From positions 43,400,001 to 43,464,000 of the forward strand of contig NC_088804.1 in assembly GCF_011386835.1 (NCBI RefSeq): 64,000 bases of DNA, given 5' to 3'. Source of the stretch: Chrysemys picta bellii (Eukaryota). Numbering within the stretch: position 1 is the stretch's first letter; every line of letters starts with the position of its first letter. A program made the translations under genes and the position numbers. Below the pieces are notes generated by a model that was not told where the DNA came from, did no database searches, and was given only the letters and a program-made list of their open reading frames with translations. This document shows, one piece after another, positions 38,801-52,687 of this stretch.

Positions 38801-40584
38801 CTGATCATTAACTTGAACAGAGGTATTTGAACAGAGGAACAGCTTTTCAGGGTATGTACAAATCAGAGGATGTGGTGATGATTCTAGGACATTAATTTTT
38901 TTTTAGCTTTATAACTTTCTAGAACAGAAGCCATGTCATTTTAAATGGTGAAGGTACTACTGTAAATCATTCTGTGCAAATCCTGAGAGAACAAATGAAC
39001 GTTGTACTGAAGTTCAGCAAAATTTCTTAAATTTGGGATGTGTTACTTGTTAAAAATGTTTTTCTTCTCTTTATGCTTATACCACCATTTCCTCCAAGTG
39101 GAATGAGGCTTTTTCATAAGCAGCTGGTGCATTATTTAATAGATGTGGAATTTTACCAGTACCTGAGTACAATTTGATTTAACTTTGATATTCAGATGTA
39201 AACCAGGTTTTAATTCTGTTCTTTTGAAGTATATGGAAAATACAACCAGAAATGCCAGCTGCATGGGAAGCTTTTACTGTTAATATTTCAGGTCACTTTT
39301 TGTTTGTTTGTTTTCTGTTCCAAAATTCTTGATCGCACAGATGAAATTTTCAGTCCATTTTTATTATTTAATAACTCTACTTTAGGATGGCTGAGGTTGT
39401 ATGGGCCCTGTTCCACTAAACAATCTTTCTTCGCCTTTTTTCCCTTACAGAAGACTAGATTTTCAAAAGTACTTGGAGTAAATAAATGCAGGCAAATTAA
39501 TCTGTAAATGTGTGCCAATATTCACACATGTCTCTACGAGCACAGGGGATAGTTATGCATGTTGTTTGAAGCCACTGGTGGTTTTGTTATGTGAAAATGT
39601 GCATGCGAAATGTGCTCTGCGAGGTGCTGTATGCAAGTGTGTTCATTTGACATGGCGGTGCTTGTGCCGTCAAACACGTCTGGTGGAGACCAGTTTAGAC
39701 CGGTCACTCCATGATATCTCAACTAAACAGAAAAATCCATTGTCAAAGCTGAGGGAATAAATTTGGTTCAGGCACCTCCGACCTTAAGTATTTCCATTCC
39801 AGGTCCCGTCCATGCATCCAAGTGGTAGGGACCCACCATCTGGATTCAGCTCCAGAATGTCCGTCTCCCAGCTCAGCACATGATGATCAGAGAACCCTTA
39901 TATTGTTGGCAACAGAATACTTGGTCCCTTCCTTGAGATTTTTTATTTCCCATTATTCACTTTTTTCTTTACTTAGTTGCCTTCAACTCTACTTTATTTC
40001 CCAACCTTTCAGCACAGAGATTATAGGTGGCACCCGAAGGCCAGACAGAGTAGCAGTGAAGCCAAGGAAGGCATAACCCAAGGCTAGAAAGTGTACAGTG
40101 GGAAAGGACCAGGGCACACTCTGGAGTGAGGTTAAATCCAGAATTGGTCACCAGGGCTCCTCTCACACTCTGAGAGAGAATCCCTGGAGGGGCTACTTCT
40201 CCCAAATCATTTAAAGTACCAGCGCTAGTGGAGGTGGGGAGAGGGAGAGGGAAGGAGGCTTCCTCTCTTCAGCGAGAGAATTCTGGCTCCTTGACACAGC
40301 AAGTGATGAACTGCGTGTGAGGCACCAGAAAAGCAGCAGCAGAGTTAGGGGGTAAATGTTACTATTGCCTTCAGTCCGTGGTGCCTGACACCCACTGATC
40401 AAACAGCAGCGTCAAGGCTGGCAGAGGGTCTAAATTCTATGTGGCTGGCGTTGCGTCCTCAGACAGGGGTTCTCCAAACTATCATGTATTAAGTTATAAT
40501 ATTAATTGTTAGGGCCCCTAGAGTTCCTACAAAGGCCTCTTATTATGATTTATGATCTAAATGAATAAAAAAAGCAACCCTAGG

Positions 40585-40744
40585 CAGTGCCATCCCTAGT
40601 GGGGTGTGAGGCCCGGGGCAGAAGTGATGGAGTCGTCTCTTCCAGGATTGACCGCGCTGGCCAATAGCACCATCCCCTGGGGCTCCCCGAAGCACGGGGC
40701 CCAGAGCGATCGCCCCGATCCGCCCTACCCAAGGGACAGGTCTG
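40585..40744. mobile_element. hAT-type GC-rich MITE
   Basis: Imperfect TIRs cagtgccatccct / agggacaggtctg; 8-bp TSD accctagg / accttagg (7/8). Confidence 0.65.
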
Positions 40745-43700
40745 ACCTTAGGTGTAGCTAATATACTCCTCTGATGCATGAACTTTAGCAGCCTTTGTCC
40801 CTTAAGCCACAAACTTTCTTGGCAGAGCAAAACCAGCAAGGAAAATCTACCCTTCCCCCCCCTCCTATTTAACAAAAACAACAAAAAAGCCAACCTGCGA
40901 GTCCATAGAGAGCCCGCTCAGGGTGCATTCAGTCCAGTATATTTGATCCTCAGCCGAATAGGGCCTTTTCTCCATAGAAACCCTTTGCTTGCTTGTGTGT
41001 TCCATTAGTATTTTGCACAGCTTTGAAATTCATTCTGAAATGCAGAAAAGAGTTCTATAGGTCACAAAGGGGGTCAACCAGAGGGATTATCTAACATCCA
41101 TAGGGAAAACTGTAGCACACCTTAAAAATGAGGGAGACACTAAAAAAATCTCTTTCCAGGACCATCCACATCCCCAAATACAGTATATTATTCATGGCAT
41201 ATTGAATCTGGAATTGCATCAATGAGGATTACAAAGCAAAAGTCCTGTGTTCATTCTCTAGTGTCATGGCGTAGCAGCCCCGTTCTGTGTCTCTCTGTTC
41301 TGTGCTGAAAAGGTGCATAATCACCAGAGCAGCCCTGAAAGGGCGCCGTTGGGAATATAATGCACGTTTTTACAAAGTCCTATCAAATGGACACGGTTCT
41401 CTGCAGATGCAGTTTTTGAGTGTGTTGGCCCACAAGTGCTCGACTATCCTTAAACTTATTCTTTCACCTCCTATGTTTCTTACACTCGGCTTCCTTTCTT
41501 CCACTTTATTCTCCAGCTTTTTGGAGATCTCACTTGCAGTCACGTCCCAGCTGTACTGGACCAGAGAACATGTATTTGAAGGAGAAAAGAAAATGTCCTT
41601 GCCTGTTCATTTCATTTCTCTCAAACAGCTTGTCCTCTGGTCCGGGCCCACCTTCATCTTGTTAGGAGTGGTATCTTCATTTCTCTCAACATTCATCAGT
41701 CTTCATTTGTTTTGTACATAGTTGTGGCAGTGTGGCTACCGTTTGATATTTTATGCCTTTCATGTTGGTATTAACGGTGTGCTCAATTACAGCTCCTGGC
41801 ACAAAGGGGCCTCAAGCGGATCAGGGCCTCGGGCTGCTACTATAATATAAATGTTTAGAAGAACAGTTCTGGAACTCAACCCAGTGGGTGGGTTCCTTTC
41901 ATGGCTGCCTCCAAGCTCCTGGAAGGGGGACTCAAGCAACTGTAGTGTATCACATGACATGCTGTTTCTAAGAAACATTTTCCTTTCTCTCTGCTAAATT
42001 TCCCCATAGTTTTCCCATGGAAGAGTGTTCTTCCCTTCCCAAAACTCTGCTATGCCTCATTGCTGCTCTTCCGTTTACAGAGGTAGCTGCCTGTTAATGG
42101 TGGGTGAACCATTTCCTGTTCTTCCTGTCTGAGAAGCACCTGAGGAACTTTCAAGATGAAAGGTGCTACGTTCATGTAATGTGCTTACGTTAATTTGTTT
42201 AGTATATGCTTTTGTTATTAAATGGGTGGTCATAAGAAAGAGCACCAAATTTGAGATTAATTTGGAATCATGTTTGACATGCATTTCTGCATGTGTCTTT
42301 AATTATCTATTCCTTTACTAGACTGCATTCTTCAGAGGCCGCTTGCAAAAGCCTCCCACCCGTGCTCATGAGAAGAGAGGTGAACAAAGGCAGGGAAAAA
42401 AAAGAAAACAGATTGGAAAAAAGCGAGCCACGTTTTGTTACAGCGAGACGGATATTAGCCCTGCCATGTGCAGTGGAAGAAGTACCTGTGCCACTAAATA
42501 AATAATGGACTAATAAACATGGGTGCACCATGCTGACACACAGTAGCCATGCACATCTTTTCACAGATGCAGTTCTTGATGGTATCTCTTAGCAACTCGG
42601 CCTGAGCCATTTCAGACCTGGGGTTACTATTTTGGTACAGTGCAGCTTAAACTGGGCTTCTTACTTCTGTTCACATTTTGTTTTTGCAAGGGACTGAATG
42701 CTTTTTTTCTTAGTGGAAGCTCCTCATACAAAGGAGTGAAATGAGAAGAACTGAGCGGCGTGATGTGGTATATACTCTGTTAGAGGAAGTGCTCCTCTTT
42801 TGCAGATGCCGGGTTTTGTTATTAGGGGTTAGTGCTATTTGATTTTGGGTTTCATTTTTCACATACAGCTTTATTTTCACACTGGAAGAACTCACAGTTC
42901 GTTTTCTCACGACAGGTCTATGTATAGCTACATATGACTCTCAGGGGGCAGAACCTTATGGTGACAATTTCCTAATTCCTAACCTGTAAAGATTTAAGAC
43001 ACCAGGCAGAGATGCTCACAGAAAAACTTGGCTTCCTCATTATGTTAATGAGATTTATTGTAATTCTCCACTCATTGCTCTGGGTGCCTTTACTAATTTT
43101 AAAACAGACTCTAAAATATTGCACTAAATTAAATAATCAAAATACCGTCACCTCCACCACAATCATACCTGCACCTCTGCTGACCATCACGTCCCCCGTT
43201 CTTTCTCCAGACCTTTCAGTCTGCCCCCTCCTCAGATACTAGGCCTGCAGACGAAGAGTGGAAACAGGTTCCAAAGAGGAAGACCATTCACAAGACCATG
43301 TGCTGCTGCCGGCCCTCTGGCTTACCTTGGTGATACTGTTTAAGCTGATTGGAACTGTGGGCCAGGGTAACTGTTGCAAGATCTGCAGTTGAAAGAAAAG
43401 GCCCCACGCATCATCTTAGGGGCAGGTGGAAGAAATTTGCTTTTGGTCACTGCTGCTCCTGGAGCAGTCTGGGAGCCTACAAGATTTTCGTTTATGCCCC
43501 TGTGTTGCAGATGGCAGGCCCACTCCCTTAATCAGAGGTTACAATCCTCAGCAGTTCTTCCAGTTGTTTCCCTAAACCACCCCAAATTACCTCTCTCTTA
43601 TCTGGACTGAGCTTCCGCCAGCTACGCTCACGCAAGCCCCAGGCTCATTCAGAGCCACTGTTTTGTTCTACTTTGTCGATAGGATCAGAAGCGACAGAGA

Positions 43701-44023
43701 CATAGTTTGGTGGTGTTAGCAGACTAAACATTGCAAACCATGTATCCTAACTAATTCTCCCAGGGGCTTCATATGCACATTGGACAGGCACTGACTGGGG
43801 TGATGGACTAGAACTGGTTGCTGTTTCCTGCTGTAATAGGGAGTTCCCAGTCTGCATTATCCCAAATTAAAGTTTCTTTTCTGCTTAAATATTATCATGT
43901 CTTCTGTTTAGCTATAAACAGTTGCAAATGATAAATAAATCAATATTGGTTAATGTTATGATGCCCGAGCATCTATCAGATACGCATGGAATGATTTATA
44001 GAGTACAGCATTTCAAGCCTGAC

Positions 44024-44155
44024 NNNNNNNNNNNNNNNNNNNNNNNNNNNNNNNNNNNNNNNNNNNNNNNNNNNNNNNNNNNNNNNNNNNNNNNNNNNNN
44101 NNNNNNNNNNNNNNNNNNNNNNNNNNNNNNNNNNNNNNNNNNNNNNNNNNNNNNN
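44024..44155. other. N block (132 bp)
   Basis: Run of N. Confidence 0.95.
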
Positions 44156-47100
44156 GGCTTTGTTGCCCTCCGAGCAGTGTAAGTGCAGCTCCTGGTCGTA
44201 TGGTAACCTTCAGTGCTTTGAGGGGGTTTTGTACAAATGATCAACTCATAAATAGGTGCTGCGCTCCACATTATCCTGCCATAAATTCACAGGCCCGTTC
44301 AAGTACATCAAGAAAGAGCAACTTGAACTAGGCGTTTTGCTCTGAGTTTACAGACTAATGCAGTGCTAATGAGCAGCTGGGCAAAGGGTTTCCAGAAGCA
44401 TGTCTAATGCTTTACATTGTGATACCATGCTTATTGCCTGGCTGGAGTAGACTTATAGAAAGCAGGAGTGAAGTGGACAATACAGTTCCATTTTAGTGAC
44501 TTCAGAACTGCAACCCAAGGAAGGCTCTTTGAGTGGAAATACATGGTCTGTCTTGCCTGTGATGCTAGACATCATTAGGATATTTGATGTAAAAGAAAAC
44601 CAAGAAAAGCTTCAAGAGATTGTAACAGATAGTTATTTGCTCGAAGGCCCTGTTGTTGAGACTTTCAGGATTAGCAGCATTGGTCTGACTGCCCACCAGC
44701 TTTTCAAGAATCTCTTGTGTATAATAACTATGTGAAAAAATCTGGGGTCAAATTCTGCCCTTCTCCCCAAAGTTTGGGTTATTGATCTCTGCACAGAGAA
44801 TTGCATTGGAGTTGTATAGGAATGTTGATTTGAATAAAATAATCAACATCCCTAGTATATTAAGAGGATATAGAAATTGGATGAGAATGGCAAAATGCAC
44901 ATGGGTAGCAGAATCAAAAAGAGAGACAGACAACTTCTTCCAAGCAGTGAAGGGAAAGGGGGATAGTGCGTACATGGTGTCAAACTTGATTTATAAATTA
45001 TATACTTTTAAATGAGAAACAAACTAAAAATTAGAATATATGTACTCTAATTTGGAGCTTTAAAAAAAAATCCTCCCCCCCAAATTGATTGGAGGAAATA
45101 ACTTAGTGTACATATTATATCTACATCTGTATCAATTATAGCTACAGCAAAATGACATCAGTTATGAAAAGTGTTCAGTGTTGGCCTAACTCTGCTCTGA
45201 TTTAAATCTATGGTAAAACTCCTTCTAAAGCTGTGGCTACATTGCCACGTTAGACAGGATTCAGACAAATAAAGTATTTCTTTGGTTTAAATTACATTCG
45301 TACAGCTAATAATAGATTTTAGCAAACATTAAAACTCAACACCCCAAACAAAGGACCAAATCTGGCCTCCAGGCAGAACACAACCACAGGAGAGAAATAA
45401 GAGCTGCTTAAGCACGTGCCTTCTGTCTTTCTAGTGGCCCCTTGAATGTCAAATAATGTATTGTCTCTGAGCTGTTCTAATGACCATTGGCGTTATCAGC
45501 AAAGAAAAGGCGCAATTCACTGGAAAAAACTTGCATATCTAAATAGTTTTCCAGCTAGCTGGGTAGATTTGTGAGGTAAAAATACTTTTCCTTAAGGTGC
45601 ATGTAAAGCTTTTGGTAAAAATACTCACACTAGTTAAGGAAATCTTTACGCTACCAAGATGTGCACACGAGATAGTTGGTCTGGGTATTTTTTAGAGTCA
45701 TGGTAATGGCAAGAGTTTGCAATACAGTTAGATATTTAAATGAGCTCATAGTTATACCTGGTATGAAAACAAATAATTTTTGTTCACGGATAGTTCAAAA
45801 TGGACAAAATCCTTGCCCCAAAGAAGTCAGTCAGCATATTGCCATGGACTTCATGGAGTCAGGATTTCACCCATTAAATTGATCCTTTCCCGATAATCTT
45901 CCAGCAGGGTTATATGATTGTCCAGGGACCATCTAGCATTCCCAGGTTGGGAGCATCAAGAGAAAGTGTAGTTCACAAAGCTCAGGCCACCCGTGCTTTA
46001 AGCAACCCACTCTGCTAGCATAAAGTAAATAAAACCAAGAGCAGGCACTCCTGGTCAGTCTGATTTATCTGCTGCTGATTTAGAACTCCAATACAGCTTG
46101 CGTTTCATGGCTGTGCAGGATGGAAGGCACCACCGAAAGGCTCGGGTTTGACTAAGGCTAGAACTGGTGGACTTAGGAAAGGGAAGAAGGAAAGAAAATC
46201 ATGCTTGAAGTGTTCCTGGGAATTCTCCAGAAAGGAAGGGAGAATAATGCTTTTCGTCTCTGTGGTGTGTTTCTGGAAGAATTGGCGGATTAATGGAAGG
46301 TCCTTGAAGTCATAGGATACCATTGATCCCTATGCCTGGAGGCAGACTCTTAATTTTGGATCAAGGAGCTGTGGAATCCAGGGATCCTTCTGGTCTTGAG
46401 AGCTGTGTTTTACATGGACTTCTTCTTCCAGGGGCCTCGTTCAGTCCAGAACCTGCTGATTCACGTGTCAAACTCTGCATGTTTTCCAACAAAAGGAACT
46501 GGCACTCAGCACAGCTACATGGTGGTACTGGAATTGCTGCCCGACCCTCTGCCTCTCCAGACTAGGTAGGAATAGAGCCTCAGGCGGCATATCAGACACC
46601 CCATTGGAGCAGGGCAGTGAAAATCTGATGTAGTGGCTTTAAGGAGCCTTGCTGGTGTGACACCACATCCTGTACATAAAGTTAGTTTTATCTGTTCGAA
46701 ACAAGGTAAGTTTGGCTTTTCCATTAATGTTTCCTGTTTAAAATTAGAAAAAAGCCCCATCCAGAGTTGAAGTGAAAAGCTGTTTTAATTTTAACAGGTT
46801 TAGAAGAAGTGACTTTGTGTGGTCTAAGTGATCCATGTCTAGGTTTTGAAAGTTTTTGTTGTGGTTTCCTATTCTCAGCCACTTGCTGACACCCCTGGAA
46901 TCTCATTTACAGCCCTTGTCAGAGCAGTAGAAAGTGTTTTTGCAGATAGTCGAGATATTTAGGAAGATTTTACTGGATTTGTGTGCTGTGCTTATATTAG
47001 AGCTGTAATAACAAATTATCAAACAATCCTGAACCCTCACATCAGTAGGAGACACCTCAATACTTACCAGTTACCAAGTCATCTTTGTGCTTATCATGGT

Positions 47101-49244
47101 TAGTGAAGAACAGTGCCAGGAAGTTTTTCAAATGTTTATTTTTTTCTTCCCCCTCCATTCAAGTGGAAAGTTTGTTTTTTAAGACATTCATTTTAGTATT
47201 GTGTTTGGAAATGTCAGCATCCATTAACCTTGAACACCTGTCTCTTCAGTGGTTGGTAACTGACTCTATGAAAACTCTTCTGTACCTGATTTTAACCTGT
47301 GGCTCTTGGCTGTGTGGTTAGTTTAATATAGAGTTTCAGGACACCCGATGTAATTGAAATATGTTGTATTTTTGCATGATAGTAATTTCTCTTTGCAAGG
47401 GTGACTTGTACCATTAGTATAGTGAAACCTACATTGGACCCCTATTCAGTGATCCAACAAAAATGGTCACTTTGGGGAGTTAGGTCTTTAGTGAGATTTT
47501 ACTTGAATAGCTGCATGAATCCCATAAAATATTAAACTGTACTGATTTGAATAGAATGTTCTTTATAAAATACAACACAAACTTGGAAGTACAATATGAA
47601 TAAAAACTGGTTTGAATGTAAAGGTCGTTTTTCTCTGAAACATATGTCTGCCAGTTACTCTAAACAAAGGAGAAATACTGAAGCCAGAAGACAGCAGTTT
47701 TTATGAGTACTTAAAACCGAACACAGAAGTATGCAAAGTGCAGAATCTCCTGTGTACAAACTCTGGGTGTACTCTGAGCATTGAAGTCTAATGGAGTTTG
47801 TCCACTCTCTTAGGGGAGAGTATTGTTATATCGGGCATCAGTTCTAGGTTGCCTTTGATTATATTAGTTAAATGGTCGCTTAGTACCTTATACACTGCTT
47901 GGAGATACCTTGTGGTTGTCTCACAGGGCAGGGGAAGGGTTAACATAGGTTTAATTATAATTGTTTCCCACATACTGTACTTACCTCAACCAAGGAAGTC
48001 AAGCAAAGATAGAGAGGAATGCTGTTTGGAAGATTATGATTGACAGTGGCTTCTGGGAATTAGAACATATTTTCTTTTCTTTCTGAATTGTTGATTGTGG
48101 CAATGCGGATGTTCCCCACTGAAGGGAAATAAGTTTGTTTTCTAATGAGGAGAAAACAGAAAGTCAATGTGACTTGTGCGTCTAAGTCACCCACTTTTGG
48201 GAATCCCACCCATGATCATTGTAAGACTTCGCCTAGCTAGGACTCACATGTCCTGTAGTACATAATTTTACTACTAACATTATTGTGCTATTATGCAGTA
48301 CAAGAGAGGATCTTTTGTCTCCACGGAAGCTGTTATGCCATATTGCATAGCTGCACATCACCATGTTCCAGTGCTCCATAAATGCTTTCAGGTACCACCA
48401 TTTCAAACATGCAGCGGAGCTCTGAGATTGCAGTGAGGTTGTCCAAGAAGTGTCAGTATTTAATGCACTTTGATGCACCTTCAGGCAGCCAAGGAAGACC
48501 AGGCTAGTGAGTTAAATGAAGGCACCTGAATGCATGCCAGGACATTTGGGGATGATTAAAGGCTTTTCTAGCCTTTTCCTCTTTTGTGCTAACATAAAAG
48601 AAAGAAAATTAAATAAAAAAACCATCAGTATTGAACAAAAGCAAAGGCTCTGAGGGAAACTGACGTTACTTCTGAATTTCTCTGTTTCTCTGTTCAAGTC
48701 AACATATGTCGATACGTGGTTTTGTAGTTTAAAGCCTTCTGTTGCAGAGGCTTCTCAGTCAATGTAATTCCACTGTTGATAATTTAAATGATGAAGTGGA
48801 CTCAGTGAGGACAATAGCCATGAAACAGATAGAACTGTGTTCAGTGCAGGACATAAATCCGTGAAAACTCAAGGCTCTGCCGTTGAGCATCTGAGTGAAT
48901 TGCCAGCTGCACAAGGAAGCTCTGCTGCAGGTGGAGACATTTACTTCTAGCAGCAAAGCGGGAGCATTTTACCGACATCACTTCAGTTCGATCCTCCAGG
49001 TCCGTGTGAAAAAGAAGATAGCATAGGGAATGCAGCTGAGCAGTGCACCTCACGCTCTGTCTGTCACATCCTTACCATACAGAAGGATTGGGTGCTTCCA
49101 AGGAAAACTCACACACTATCTGTAGCCAGACTCAGGTCCCTCTTTATTTATTTTCTGTTAGCCATATCGTTCGAGACCGGGGGCAGATCCGCAGCTGGCA
49201 TGAATTGACACCGCTCCATTGACTTCAGACTGGGGCACTTGCAA

Positions 49245-49514
49245 GGTATGTCTGTACTAGAGCTGGAAGATATAAATTCCAGCTTGAGGACCCATAGCCG
49301 CACTAGCTCTGTAGAAGTGAAGCTGTGGCAGCTGGTGGGGCTCGCTGCCCCAAGTACCTGCCTATGGTCTTGGATCACATCAAGCTTGGAACTGCTGGCC
49401 CCTGCATGCTGCCGCAGCTACACTCTGTTGTTAGCGTACTAGCGTGATCAGAACTAGCGTGGGTAGATCTCCTCCAGCTGACATGTGCCTTCCAGAGTTA
49501 GTGTCGACATTACC
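49245..49514. mobile_element. Degenerate Harbinger-like MITE
   Basis: Ends ggtatgtctgtactag / agtgtcgacattacc. Confidence 0.45.
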
Positions 49515-49794
49515 AAATGTAGGGTATCACTGGTGGAAGATTCGACTACGTTCCTGGCCAAAGCCAGGAGCGTCTAAACTTTAATCTCACCCTGATGTAC
49601 GCTCCCCTTTGTAGTCTTGGAAAAGTTAACCTCTCTCTCTCTGCCTCAGCTTCTTGAGCTGTAAGATGGGCCTAATCCTCCTGACATGTTATGTGACTGC
49701 TGGGTGAAGAGTGGAACAAATGAGCCCTCATTTAGTACAAAGTCAAGATGTTGAGAACAAAATTAATCAAGGGACCAAGGGACACGAAGAGAAG

Positions 49795-51810
49795 AAATTC
49801 TTTAATTGCCTATGCACCAATGTGAGGAGCCTGGGTAAATAAACAAGAGGAATTGAATTACTCTTTTCTGAGCATAAAGTTGCCGTAGTTGGTATTATTG
49901 AAACCTGGTGGGAATTGTTGCATGAGTGGAATATTAAAAACAAAGTTTGTTATCTGTTGTCGAGTCACTGACAACTCGGAAGCGAATGCTTATGGATGCT
50001 TATGAATCAGTGTTCCAACAGATAAAGCACAAGATGGGGTATTAGTGAGTGACCACCAAACCACACCAGGGAAAAGGATGACCTGCTCCTTAAGCACCTA
50101 CCTGTAATGTATATATGTATAGCGAAAACTGCATGATCATGGGAAACTTCAATCTGTATAGGCTGCCAGTACTAGAACATCCTTGAAATTTCTAAAAAGT
50201 ATAGATGACACTTTCCTAACTGAAAAAATGTTGCATTCAGCACAGGGTAGTTCTACATTAGACCTTATCCTGACAGATAAAGAGGAATTGATCACAGAAC
50301 TAAAAAAGGGCGGTTGCACAGGTGCAAGTGATCATGACTTGATTACATTTGTTACATGCAAAAAGAATAAAGTCCAAACCAGTTGTGTATGTACTTGGTG
50401 CTTTAAAAGGGCCAATTTCACAAAGCTGAAAACAATTATGAAACAAATCAGCTGGGAGAAAGCATTTAAACAGAAAAATACGAATGGTAATTGGGAACTG
50501 TTTAAGAGCATTTTATTAAATGCCCCCAAAGCCACAACTGAGAAAGAAGACTACATTGGGTAAAAAAACAATCTGGCTCAGGTGGGAAGTGAAATCAGCT
50601 ATACAAAATAAATAAATATATAATATATAAACAAATGGAAAAAAGTGGAAGATGGTAGCAATGAATATAAATTAGAAGCTAGGAATTGTAGAAAATTGAT
50701 AAGGAAAGCAAAAGGCCACCAAGTGAAATGTCTGGCAAGCAGAGTTAAGAACAATCTGAAGGAGTTTTAAGTATATTAAGAAAAAAAAGAATCTTAACAA
50801 TGGCATTGGTCCATTAGTAGATGGAAATGGTAGAACTGTCAATTATAATGTCAAAAATGCAGGGTGTTCAATAAATACTTATGTTCTATATATGGGAGAA
50901 AGCCAGGCAATGTATTTGTATCAGATGATGATGATGATGATGAAGAAATACTTCCCATTCCAGCAGTAACTAAGGAAAATGTTACACAGCAGCTACTGAA
51001 GTTTGACATTTTTCAGCAAGTTTGGATAACTTGCATGCAAGAGTTTAAAAAGAGCTCTCTGGACCATTACTATTCATTTTCAATAAGCTTTGGAGCACTG
51101 GGGAAGTTCCAGAGGATTGGAAGAAAGCTAATGTGCCAATATTTAAAAAGGGTAAATCAGAAGACCTGAGTAGTTATAGGTTTGTCAGCCAGGCATCAGT
51201 CCCGGGCAAAATAATGGAATGATTGATAACAGAACTTGATTAATAAAGAATTAAAGGAGTGTAGTATAATTAATGCCAAACAACATGGACAATAGATCTT
51301 GTCAAAACTAACTGTATTTTGGTGAGATTATAAGTTTGGGTAATAAAGGTAATATTGTTGATGTAATATACCTAGACTTCTGTAATTGTGTGCAGTGTTG
51401 TAGCTGTGTCGTTCCAGGATATTTGAGCATACACAGAGCTCTTCTTCAGGTCTGAGTACGTTTCACAGAGCTCTGTGTAAGCTCAAAGCATGACTCTCTC
51501 ACCAACACAAGTTGGTCCAATAAAAGATATTACCTCCCCCACCTTCTCTCTCTAGACTTCTGTAAGGCATTTGATTTGGTGTACCACACAACATTTTGAT
51601 AAGGAAACTAGGATGATACAACAAAATCAACATGGTACATAATAAATGGATTAAAAACTGTCTGATAGATCTCAAAATGTAATTCTAAATCATTGAGCAG
51701 GGGTATTTCTAGGAGGATCCCACAGGGATCGGTTCTTGACTTGAAAGAAAATATAAATTAATTGCTGATAAAGTTTGCAGATGACACAAAATTGGTGGAG
51801 TTCTCTATTC
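49795..51810 (+). pseudogene. Old, heavily degraded CR1 ORF2 fragment (endonuclease through RT)
   Basis: Remnants CLCTNVRSLG, IMGNFN, LDLILTDKEELI, GASDHDLITF, FKRANFTKLK, DVIYLDFCKAFD, KFADDTKL; many frameshifts. Confidence 0.85.
51386..51551. mobile_element. Short Penelope-derived insertion with 14-bp TSD
   Basis: TSD ctagacttctgtaa at 51372-51385 and 51552-51565; internal acacagagctcttcttcaggtctg and gttggtccaataaaagatattacctc. Confidence 0.7.
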
Positions 51811-51954
51811 TGATCTGTCAGCTAAGCCAAGGATAATCTGTTTCATTGTTGGTCTATCGTCGGGAGCTCAGTTCTGTAGGTGCAGGATATTTGCAGTATG
51901 ATGTACGCTGTGATAGTTTTCACTGTTTGGTCAGTGTAAAGGATAGACCTCATA

Positions 51955-52650
51955 GCCCAAATAGAATTGCCATAACAGATCAGATCAGTGGTCCTTGTAG
52001 CTCACTATCCTGTCTCTTGATAGTGGCCAGTACCGATGCAAGAAATTCTGTAATGGACGGTTATGGAATAACCTGCCCATAGAGAAAATATCTTCCTTAC
52101 CCTAGGTAGTTAGTAGTTTGCTTATGCCCTGAAGCATGAAGGTTTATATCCCATATAAATTTTTTATTTTATCTAATCTAACTGTGGATGTTTTTATTAA
52201 TAATAAAAGCATCTTCTTTCAATCTTGCTGAGCTCTTGGCTTCAGTGATATCTTGTGACAATTGAGTTCCAAAAGTTATTTTTATACACAATGAAGAATA
52301 GCCTCCCTTTACCAGCTTTAAATTTGCTGCATTGTAATTTCATTAGGTGTTCTCTATTTCTAGTGTTATGTGATGTTAAATGGGAGTTCCTGATTTGATG
52401 CCTAGGTCTCTTTCCTGAGCAGTTATATTTAATTTAGATCCTTCCAATATGTGGAAGAAATAATTTGAGTTACTTCTAATGTACATCCCATTTTACTAAT
52501 CTGCATTAAATTTCTCTGCCATTGTGCTGCCTAATCTTCTAGTTTAGTTAGGTTCTTCTGCCTTTCTTCGCAATTTTCCCCACTTTTGATTGTCCTAGAT
52601 AATTTTGTGTCATTCACAAATTTTGCCACTTAGCTATTCATCCCTTTTCT
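51955..52650 (-). mobile_element. Degraded minus-strand CR1 3' fragment
   Basis: Reverse complement starts at an RT remnant (aaatttgtgaatgacacaaaatta = KFVNDTKL) and ends in a CR1-like 3' UTR (cagatcagtggtcc...). Confidence 0.6.
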
Positions 52651-52687
52651 AGATAATTGTAGGTGGAGCTGGTAGCCCTGCTATAGT

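Noticed and set aside
44496-45015. Two adjacent protein-looking ORFs (79 and 77 aa)
   Set aside because: No identifiable motif or splice context; cannot be supported without a search.
47900-48080. Minus-strand donor GAG|GTAAGT near 47985 with a possible upstream acceptor
   Set aside because: An isolated splice-like motif is common by chance; no supporting exon chain.
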